A stretch of DNA of 52,976 nucleotides, from assembly GCA_963817385.1 (NCBI GenBank), contig CAWFOM010000022.1, positions 1 to 52,976 on the forward strand. The letters are read 5' to 3'. Origin of the DNA: an uncultured delta proteobacterium. GTDB taxonomy: Bacteria > Desulfobacterota > Syntrophia > Syntrophales > UBA5619. A program made the translations under genes and the position numbers. Positions 1 to 7,063 of this stretch are shown piece by piece; the stretch's first letter is position 1; every line of letters starts with the position of its first letter. Below the pieces are notes generated by a model. That model worked only from the letters and a program-made list of their open reading frames with translations. It ran no database searches and was not told the DNA's origin.

Positions 1-238
1 CCCTATCCAGGGCCTCCTTGCAGTGGCCGTGGATGTTCGCCCAGAGGGATGATACGCCGTCGAGATAGCCGTTGCCGTCGACATCGTACAGGGTGCACCC
101 CCGGCCCCGTTCGATGATGACCGGCTTCTCCCGCCGGTAGCCCTTCATCTGGGTGAAGGGGTGCCAGAGGTATCGATGGTCCGCCTCTTCCAGGCGGCCG
201 TTTCGCTCGGTCCGATTTTCGGCGCGATGATCCTTCAC
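1..238 (-). CDS. bioA: Adenosylmethionine-8-amino-7-oxononanoate aminotransferase, 5' part (runs off the left edge)
   Basis: Manual translation from GTG at 238, which overlaps the birA stop (GTGA): MKDHRAENR...DHRYLWHPFTQMKGY...IIERGRGCTLYDVDGNGYLDGVSSLWANIHGH. WHPFTQ and D..SSLW...HGH are BioA signatures. Not in the ORF track. Confidence 0.93.
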   Translation of the reverse strand, partial: MKDHRAENRTERNGRLEEADHRYLWHPFTQMKGYRREKPVIIERGRGCTLYDVDGNGYLDGVSSLWANIHGHCKEALDR

Positions 239-1224
239 GAGCAGTCCCCGATCAACGAGACATCCCCCGCCAGTATCCGCTGGGTGGTTCCGTCCGGGGA
301 TTTCAGGATCAGAAACCCGTTCGGGTCGATATCGACGACTTCCCCTTCATAGGTGCGCTCGACGCCGGCGATCTTCACCTGCTTTCCGATGATCCCGGAG
401 AGCTCGAGCCACCGCTCCCGGATCGGCTCGAAATTCCGTGCCTGAAAAAGGGCGTAGGCGCCTTCCAGTTTTTCGAGATACGTTCGAAGCAGTTCCGCCC
501 GGGAAAATACCCGCCCCGTTTCGGCGCAAAGAGAGGTGGCGATCCCCGCGATCTCCGGCGGCAGGCCCGCTGCGGGCGTGTTGACATTGAGTCCCAGGCC
601 GATGACGACGTAATCGATCCGGTCCATATCCACACTCATCTCCGTCAGGATGCCGGCAATCTTTTTTCCGCCGACGAGGATATCGTTCGGCCACTTGATG
701 GCGACGGGAATGGCCGCATGGGCGAGCAGGGTTTCCGCAGCCGCCACCGCGGAGGCCAGGATGAGCTGCGGCGCTTCGTACGGCTGGACGCGGGGCCGCA
801 GGATCACCGAGACGCAAATCCCCTCCCCGGCGGGGGAGTACCACGCCCTTCCCCTTCTTCCCTTTCCCTGGAGCTGGGCCTCCGCCACGACGACGGTCCC
901 TTCCGGCGCCCCCTCGGCGGCGATCGCGCGGGCGCGGACGTTCGTCGAATCGGTTTGTGAAAAATAGTCGATGCGTTCCCGCCCGAAGACGGCTGTTTTC
1001 AGTCCGTCGCGAATCTCCGCGGGGAGGAGAAGCTCCGAGCTCTTCCGGAGCAGATACCCCTTCTTCGTCGACGATTCGATCAAATACCCCTCGCTTTGGA
1101 GGGAGCGGATCTGTTTCCAGACCGCAGAGCGCGATATCAGGAGTCCTGCCGCGAGCGTTTCTCCGGAAATCCACGATCCCTTTGATTCTTTAAGCTGTTT
1201 CAAGAGTGCGTCTTTTGTCGGCAT
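235..1224 (-). CDS. birA: Bifunctional biotin-protein ligase / biotin operon repressor (group II, with N-terminal HTH)
   Basis: N-terminal wHTH (ISGETLA..L.ISRSAVWKQI), DSTN, GKGRRGRAW, KWPNDI, KIAGIL. Confidence 0.97.
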   Translation of the reverse strand: MPTKDALLKQLKESKGSWISGETLAAGLLISRSAVWKQIRSLQSEGYLIESSTKKGYLLRKSSELLLPAEIRDGLKTAVFGRERIDYFSQTDSTNVRARAIAAEGAPEGTVVVAEAQLQGKGRRGRAWYSPAGEGICVSVILRPRVQPYEAPQLILASAVAAAETLLAHAAIPVAIKWPNDILVGGKKIAGILTEMSVDMDRIDYVVIGLGLNVNTPAAGLPPEIAGIATSLCAETGRVFSRAELLRTYLEKLEGAYALFQARNFEPIRERWLELSGIIGKQVKIAGVERTYEGEVVDIDPNGFLILKSPDGTTQRILAGDVSLIGDCS

Positions 1225-1253
1225 GGCGGCCTCATACCATCATGCCGGGAACA

Positions 1254-1285
1254 TTGTCAACTTGTTTTGCCATTTCGGTTGACGG
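1254..1285. promoter_or_regulatory. BirA operator
   Basis: TTGTCAAC-N16-GTTGACGG inverted repeat in the birA/bioB divergent gap. Matches the known BirA box form TTGT(A/C)AAC-N14-16-GTT(T/G)ACAA. Confidence 0.85.
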
Positions 1286-1334
1286 ACATGAGATTGTCTG
1301 TTATGGGGGTGTTTTTACGGAAAGGAGTGCAAAC

Positions 1335-2717
1335 ATGTTCAATCAGCAGATTGTCGAATGTGCTAAGCGGGTGCTTTCTCAGGGGCAGGAGCTATCCTAT
1401 GAGGATGCCTGCCGGTTGGCCCGTCTTCCGGAGGAGGAGACGCTCGATCTGATCGCCTGCGCCCACAAGATCACCCGTGCCCGCGTGTCCAAAGAGCTCA
1501 TCCTCTGCTCGATCGTGAATGCAAAATCCGGCTTCTGTACGGAGGATTGCGCCTTTTGCGCTCAATCCGCCCATCATCAAACGGATATCCCCCGGTATGA
1601 CCTCGAATCGGAAGAGGTCATGGTGGAGGCCGCTCTGGATCGCCACCGCGCCGGCGCGAACCATTATTCCATGGTGACGAGCGGTTTGATGCTGACGGAG
1701 AAGGAGATCGCCACCGTCTGCCGGGCGGCACGACGCATTGTTGACGAAACCGATCTGAAGGTGTGCTCCTCCGTGGGAACCCTGACGGCGGAAAGGGCCA
1801 AACAATTGAAAGAAAACGGCGTCACCGAGTATCACCACAACCTGGAAACGGCCCGGAGCTATTTTGATCAGGTCTGCTCGACCCACGAGTATGACGACGA
1901 TATTGAAACCGTGAAGAACGCCAAGGCGGCGGGGCTTCGGGTATGCAGCGGGGGAATCCTGGGGCTCGGGGAGTCTTGGGAACAGCGGGTGGAATTGGCC
2001 TGCACGCTGAGGGAATTGGATGTGGATTGCATCCCTCTGAATTTCCTCAATCCGATTCCGGGGACGAGGATGGAAAAACGGCCGCTTCTACCCCCCATGG
2101 AGGCCCTGAAATGTATCGCCCTGTTCCGCTTCATCAACCCGGAAAAGAATATCCTCATCTGCGGCGGAAGGGAAGTGACCCTGAAGGACTTTCAGTCGTG
2201 GATCTTTTATGCCGGGGCAAACGGCCTCCTCGTCGGAAACTACCTCACGACGCAGGGAAGGGATATCCAGGCGGACCGGGAGATGATCCGGGATTTCGGG
2301 CTTGCAGACCGCGATTTGAGGGGATCGCTGTTTTGCGCCTTCTTCGGAGGGATTGTGCTCGGTGATGTTAATCATGACCAGGTTGCATTCTCTTCTATCT
2401 TCGGACAATCGGGCCTTAAGCTGGACAAAGCGCAATGGAGCACCTTTCCTTTGCAAAAGCATCAGCTCACAGCTTTCTATGTTTTCGTCTTCGAACGTTT
2501 TTCTGAAAAATGTATTGAAGGAGGGATAGAATTCGTAAGAAATATAGAATCGGAATTGCTGACCCATCAGGCGAGAGCGTTCGAGCCCGAGGAATCTTGC
2601 GCCGGTCAGGTTGACCTGCAGGATGATCCCGTCGGCATTCAGAGTGAAATAACCGATCGGTGCGAAGTCATAGACGTCGAGATACTTTGCCAAGAGCTCA
2701 TCGGTCTCATTTTTTGA
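1335..2717 (+). CDS. bioB: Biotin synthase (radical SAM). BioB similarity ends near 2310; the frame reads on to 2717
   Basis: AAGGAG RBS before ATG 1335; CTEDCAFC radical-SAM motif, HHNLET, CSGGILGLGE, IPLNFL, GNYLTT. Confidence 0.95.
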   Translation: MFNQQIVECAKRVLSQGQELSYEDACRLARLPEEETLDLIACAHKITRARVSKELILCSIVNAKSGFCTEDCAFCAQSAHHQTDIPRYDLESEEVMVEAALDRHRAGANHYSMVTSGLMLTEKEIATVCRAARRIVDETDLKVCSSVGTLTAERAKQLKENGVTEYHHNLETARSYFDQVCSTHEYDDDIETVKNAKAAGLRVCSGGILGLGESWEQRVELACTLRELDVDCIPLNFLNPIPGTRMEKRPLLPPMEALKCIALFRFINPEKNILICGGREVTLKDFQSWIFYAGANGLLVGNYLTTQGRDIQADREMIRDFGLADRDLRGSLFCAFFGGIVLGDVNHDQVAFSSIFGQSGLKLDKAQWSTFPLQKHQLTAFYVFVFERFSEKCIEGGIEFVRNIESELLTHQARAFEPEESCAGQVDLQDDPVGIQSEITDRCEVIDVEILCQELIGLIF

Positions 2718-3410
2718 TCTCCTGAGCTCCTCATTCAGGATCTCAAGCTCAATCTGGTAGACCTGTAATTCATGGAGAAGTTTCTGCGGGTCAGCTTGCA
2801 TACCGGACGGGGTTGAGGCTCTGTTGTTCACTTTCATGCGCTTTTCTGCTTGTCGCCGCAGTTCGATAAAGTGCGTACTCTCCCGAGTCTCGCTCTCTCG
2901 GAGATCCGCCTGCAATTTCTTCCGAGCAACTATCTCCGCTTCCAGCTCTGCTGTTCTGGTCTTAACCCTCTCTTCCATGTTCCGATAGGCGTCGCGGAGT
3001 TCAGCCTCCGCCTGTTTTCGCGCCAAGTGTTCCTCTGTTTCCGCAAGGGCTCTCCGGACGGCAGGCACCAGCCGTTGCTGGAGCCGGGTTTTCAGAACAT
3101 AGTCCTTAGCCCCCTGGGTGAGGATTTCGATGGCCCGGTCTTCAGTAACAGCTCCGGTTACAAGAATAAAAGGTGTGTCGGGACATCTTCTTCTCGCCTC
3201 GGCAAGAGCCAACGCGCCGGTGTATTTGGGAAGGTCATAGTCGGAGAGGATAAGATCAGGGGGGCATTCCTGAAGTTTTTGAAGGTAATCTTTTTCAGTC
3301 ATTACGACTTTCGCAGCAAAGGCGAGCCCACCCTCTTGGAGCTCGAATTGAATCAACTCTGCATCAACAGGATTATCTTCCAAAATAAGGATTTGAAGGG
3401 CTTCTGCCAT
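2088..3410 (-). CDS. Response regulator receiver + coiled coil + PAS domain protein (no output domain)
   Basis: REC (ILEDN, DLILSD, VTG, KDYVLK); LLHELQVYQIELE coil; PAS (YDFAPIGYFTL...VNLTGARFLG...INITE). The last ~85 aa are antisense read-through of bioB. Confidence 0.85.
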   Translation of the reverse strand: MAEALQILILEDNPVDAELIQFELQEGGLAFAAKVVMTEKDYLQKLQECPPDLILSDYDLPKYTGALALAEARRRCPDTPFILVTGAVTEDRAIEILTQGAKDYVLKTRLQQRLVPAVRRALAETEEHLARKQAEAELRDAYRNMEERVKTRTAELEAEIVARKKLQADLRESETRESTHFIELRRQAEKRMKVNNRASTPSGMQADPQKLLHELQVYQIELEILNEELRRSKNETDELLAKYLDVYDFAPIGYFTLNADGIILQVNLTGARFLGLERSRLMGQQFRFYISYEFYPSFNTFFRKTFEDENIESCELMLLQRKGAPLRFVQLKARLSEDRRECNLVMINITEHNPSEEGAKQRSPQIAVCKPEIPDHLPVRLDIPSLRREVVSDEEAVCPGIKDPRLKVLQGHFPSAADEDILFRVDEAEQGDTFQGLHGG

Positions 3411-3695
3411 TATCTCATCTAATTAATTGCTTAGTTTAAAAAATTACTATTCGCAAAGACCTGACATGGAACGGTTTCCTGATTCGCCCGAAACCGTATT
3501 TCCCTGATTCGGTGGCAATGAGTCTGATTCAAGTTTTATATGCCCAGGATACTGTTCCTGCTGAAGTATGTCAATGAGTGTTGAATGGGAGCCTAATGAT
3601 AGGCACAATAATCAGGGACCGCCCGGTGCGTACTTGGGACTGCCCTGTTCCTCTTTCATGATGTTGTCTCCTGCGTGTTTCAGAACTTCATTCTG

Positions 3696-6425
3696 TCAAG
3701 CATCCTTTCCCGTCCGGTCCCGCCGGCCTATTTCCTTCCGAAGATCCTTGCGGGCCTTGTCCAGTTCAGTTGTCTTGTCGGTAACTCGCCGTTTCAGTTC
3801 GGCCTGTGTCTTGCGCAGCTCCAGTTCCAGGGTCTTGGAGACAGTTACATCGGAGAAGGTAATCACCGCGCCGTCGATCCGGTTCTCCAGGGTGCGGTAG
3901 GGCATGATCCGCACCTGAAACCATCGCCCTCCGGATGCAGTAACCGATGCTTCCTTGTAGACCAACGTTCTCATCACCTCCCGAGCGTCCTCGGGCAGTT
4001 CAGGATAGTTCAGATCGGACGCGATGTCGGTCATCGGCCGGCCCGCGTCGCCCGGGAGCAATTTGATAATTTTGGCGGCTTGGCTGGTAAAGCGGCGAAT
4101 GTTGAGATTATCGTCCAGAAAGAGCGTGGCGATGTCGGTGCTGTCGAGGAGGTTCTTCATGTCGTTGTTGGCCAGGGAGAGGGCATCGAGCTTGGCCTGC
4201 AACTCATGGTTTACCGTCTGAAGCTCTTCGTTCATCGACTGCATCTCCTCCTTGGAAGTGGTCAGCTCCTCGTTGGTGCTCTGGAGTTCCTCGTTGGTGG
4301 ATTGCAGCTCCTCATTGGCCGACTTAAGCTCCTCCTGGGAGGTCTGCATCTCTTCGCGGGTGCTCTGGAGATCCTCGCGCGTCTTTTGCAGTTCCTGTTC
4401 CGCCTTTGCAAGACGGTCGCTGCGAACCACTGCCCGCCTCGATGAATGGGGCGCCTTCGCTTCCGGAGGCGCGGCCGCATCCGCAAAGACGATGAGGACC
4501 GTTCTTTTGAACTCTTCGGGTTCAGCAAGTGGCAGCACGGTCATATCCACCATCTGCTCGTGACTGTTGGTTCGCACATTCAGTCCCTTCAGGGTGATGG
4601 GGTCCCGCCCGCCGAGGGCTTTCCGAAACACGGTGTCGAGTTCGTAGCGCAGCCCCTCACGGGCCATGGCAAAGATGTTTAGGTTTGCCTTTCCGGCAGC
4701 CGGCTCCAGGTACTTGCCCGTCCGTCCGCTGATGTAGAGGATGTCTCCTTTGTCGTTCGTCAAAACAGCCGCGGGGGCATAGCGGGTCAGGATCAACTGA
4801 TCCACCAGTGTCTGGAGATTGACGCTGGACTTCTGCGCCTTGGGCTGCGTAGGTTCCTCCGTCGTTACGGCAGCGAAGGAGGAGGGAAACTCGATGGGCC
4901 GGGCGCCGAGGGCGATCTCTATCCGCCGGTAGATCTTCGCCTTGACGTCAACGGCGACGAAGAGATCGGTAAACCCACCGATTGTCTCGGCGCTCCCGAG
5001 GAACAGGACGCCGCCGGGGTTTAGGCTGTAGTGAAAGAGCGGCAGGAGCTTTTTCTGGAGTTCCGCTGTCAAGTAGATCAGGAGGTTCCTGCAGATCAGG
5101 ATGTCGAGCTTGGTGAAGGGTGGGTCCATAATGACGTTTTGGGGGGCGTAGACCACCATCTCGCGGATCTCCTTCCCCACGCGGTAGCCCCGCTCCTCCT
5201 GGACAAAGAATCGGCGAAGGCGCTCCGGTGAAACGTCCGAGGTGATGTTGGCGGGATAGACTCCCACCCGGGCCTTTTCGATGGCGTCCCTGTCCAGGTC
5301 GGTCGCAAAGATCTGGAGCGAGACGTTCCGGGATGGCTCTATCTGCTCAAATGCTTCCTTGAAAACGATGGCTAGGGAATAAGCCTCCTCCCCCGTGGAA
5401 CAACCGGGCGTCCAGGCCCTGAAAGCGCCTCCCGTTGGATAATGCGTCAGAAGTGTCGGAATGACGTCATTTTTCAGCAGCTCCCATGCTGCCGGATCGC
5501 GGAAGAAACCGGTCACGCCGATGAGAAGCTCCTTGAACAGGAGCTCTGTCTCTTGGGGATTCTCCTGGAGAAACCGGACATAGGTGGCAATCCGGTCGAT
5601 CTGGTGGAGACCCATGCGCCGCTCAATACGGCGGTAGATGGTGCTCTTCTTGTACAGGGAAAAGTCCTGGCCGGTCTGCGTCCGGAGGATGATGATCACC
5701 TTCTCCAGGGCGCTCTGGGCCTTCTCTTCCTCCAGGCTCTTATCGCGCCGGGTAATGACAAGGGCGTGTTTTAGATAGGAGAGGATTTTCTGAGGCAGTT
5801 CCTCGACCGGGGCCACAACGTCGGCCAATCCAGCGTCAATGGCGCTTCGGGGCATGCCGTCGAATTTTGCGGACTCCGGCGCCTGGACGAAGACCGTCCC
5901 GGCCTTCTCTTTGATCGACCGGAGGCCCAGCGTGCCGTCGGAGCCCATTCCCGAGAGGATGACGCCGATGCTCCGGTCCTTCCGGTCGTCGGCCAGGGCG
6001 CGGAAGAAGAAGTCGATGGGGAGACGGAGCCCCCGGGGTGCCGTCGGTTCGAGCAGGTGCAGCGCATCGTGGAGGATGGACATGTCCTGGTTGGGGGGGA
6101 TCACGTAGACATGGTCCGGCTCAACCGTCATGCGGTCCTTGACTTGGATGACCTTCATGGCGGTGGCACGCTGAAGGAGCTCCACCATGATCCCCTTGTG
6201 GGTCGGGTCGAGATGCTGGACGATGACGAAGGCCATGCCGCTGCCCGAGGGCACGTTCTGCAGGAAGAGCTCCAGCGCCTCCAGACCGCCGGCGGAGGCG
6301 CCGATGCCGACGATGGGGAAAGGGCAGTTTGTATTGCTGCCGTTTACCTGTTGGGCCGGCTTCTCCGTCACGTCCGGTTCGATAGGTTTTCTTTGCTTTC
6401 TCGCAGGCTGGGATCGCTTTTTCAT
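3696..6425 (-). CDS. CheB methylesterase / CheR methyltransferase fusion with coiled coil and PAS
   Basis: CheB triad motifs GASAGG, QHL, GSDG; CheR GCSTGEEAYS, FATD, CRNLLIY; EELQSTNEEL heptads; C-terminal PAS. Alternative start at 6440. Confidence 0.95.
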   Translation of the reverse strand: MKKRSQPARKQRKPIEPDVTEKPAQQVNGSNTNCPFPIVGIGASAGGLEALELFLQNVPSGSGMAFVIVQHLDPTHKGIMVELLQRATAMKVIQVKDRMTVEPDHVYVIPPNQDMSILHDALHLLEPTAPRGLRLPIDFFFRALADDRKDRSIGVILSGMGSDGTLGLRSIKEKAGTVFVQAPESAKFDGMPRSAIDAGLADVVAPVEELPQKILSYLKHALVITRRDKSLEEEKAQSALEKVIIILRTQTGQDFSLYKKSTIYRRIERRMGLHQIDRIATYVRFLQENPQETELLFKELLIGVTGFFRDPAAWELLKNDVIPTLLTHYPTGGAFRAWTPGCSTGEEAYSLAIVFKEAFEQIEPSRNVSLQIFATDLDRDAIEKARVGVYPANITSDVSPERLRRFFVQEERGYRVGKEIREMVVYAPQNVIMDPPFTKLDILICRNLLIYLTAELQKKLLPLFHYSLNPGGVLFLGSAETIGGFTDLFVAVDVKAKIYRRIEIALGARPIEFPSSFAAVTTEEPTQPKAQKSSVNLQTLVDQLILTRYAPAAVLTNDKGDILYISGRTGKYLEPAAGKANLNIFAMAREGLRYELDTVFRKALGGRDPITLKGLNVRTNSHEQMVDMTVLPLAEPEEFKRTVLIVFADAAAPPEAKAPHSSRRAVVRSDRLAKAEQELQKTREDLQSTREEMQTSQEELKSANEELQSTNEELQSTNEELTTSKEEMQSMNEELQTVNHELQAKLDALSLANNDMKNLLDSTDIATLFLDDNLNIRRFTSQAAKIIKLLPGDAGRPMTDIASDLNYPELPEDAREVMRTLVYKEASVTASGGRWFQVRIMPYRTLENRIDGAVITFSDVTVSKTLELELRKTQAELKRRVTDKTTELDKARKDLRKEIGRRDRTGKDA

Positions 6426-6499
6426 GGTTTTCCCCCTCACATGTGCGGTTCACCTGATACTATACGTAAAATTGGTCTTGAATGTCCATAAGTGTTTAT

Positions 6500-6622
6500 C
6501 AAATCCTCCCGCAGAAAACCCCGTCCTGTGGACGGGGATGAATGCGGTGCAGGGGTAACGGGGATGCAATCCCCCTCATCCAGTTTTTTAAGATGCCCCG
6601 CCCTGTGGGCGGGGTAATTCAC
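6500..6622 (+). mobile_element. Non-autonomous IS200/IS605-family miniature element (PATE), 123 bp
   Basis: Left hairpin CCCCGTCC-TGT-GGACGGGG (6519-6537) preceded by AAAA at +16..+19 after target (T)TTAT (6495-6499). Right hairpin CCCCGCCC-TGT-GGGCGGGG (6596-6614) preceded by GATG; element ends in TTCAC (6622). No tnpA or tnpB. Confidence 0.8.
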
Positions 6623-6640
6623 TTGACACAAACATGTTCT

Positions 6641-6877
6641 TCAAGGACCGCGTTCCTTGCAGATATCCCCGAGGACGACGACCCTCTCGATGTTACCCCA
6701 ACCGCCGATCGTCCGGATCAGCTCCTCCTTGGCCCGGAGATTCCCTCCCGGGAGATGGGGATCGCCGATCAGGGCGATGCCGTGGTACGGCCTTTCCGGG
6801 GTGGCCGTCCCCGCGCCGGTCCCTCCCGGGGCGACGATCCGGAGGCGGGCAAGCAGGATGGTGATCATCTTTTTCAT
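6641..6877 (-). pseudogene. Truncated calcineurin-like metallophosphoesterase (N-terminal fragment)
   Basis: GGAGG RBS, signal-like start, motif I (IALIGDPH) and motif II (VVVLGD), then a stop at 78 aa. The GNHD and later His motifs are missing. Confidence 0.7.
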
Positions 6878-6964
6878 AAACGACCCTCCTCGAAGTGAAT
6901 TGATTCCACTCTATTTTTTTCATGACGGATAACATGAAAAAATTTCTGATAAAGTTATTGACAA

Positions 6965-7012
6965 ACCATATATGTTGTGGCAAATCTGTAACCCTCATAC
7001 AACATGTAGTAG
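6965..7012 (+). promoter_or_regulatory. Tandem NrdR boxes next to a TTGACA -35 element (6958-6963)
   Basis: ACCATATATGTTGTGG (6965-6980, 12/16) and ATACAACATGTAGTAG (6997-7012, 11/16) against consensus ACACWATATATWGTGT; starts 32 bp apart; directly upstream of an RNR gene. Confidence 0.85.
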
Positions 7013-7063
7013 GTAGGTTCATCTACATGCAATCCTCTATGATATTAAGGAGTACCCACTACC

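Noticed and set aside
4190..4400. Short tandem DNA repeats inside cheBR
   Set aside because: They reflect the protein's EELQSTN heptads, typical of this family.
6880..7063. Cobalamin riboswitch upstream of nrdJ
   Set aside because: No B12-box or core motifs seen; the region is explained by the promoter and NrdR boxes.
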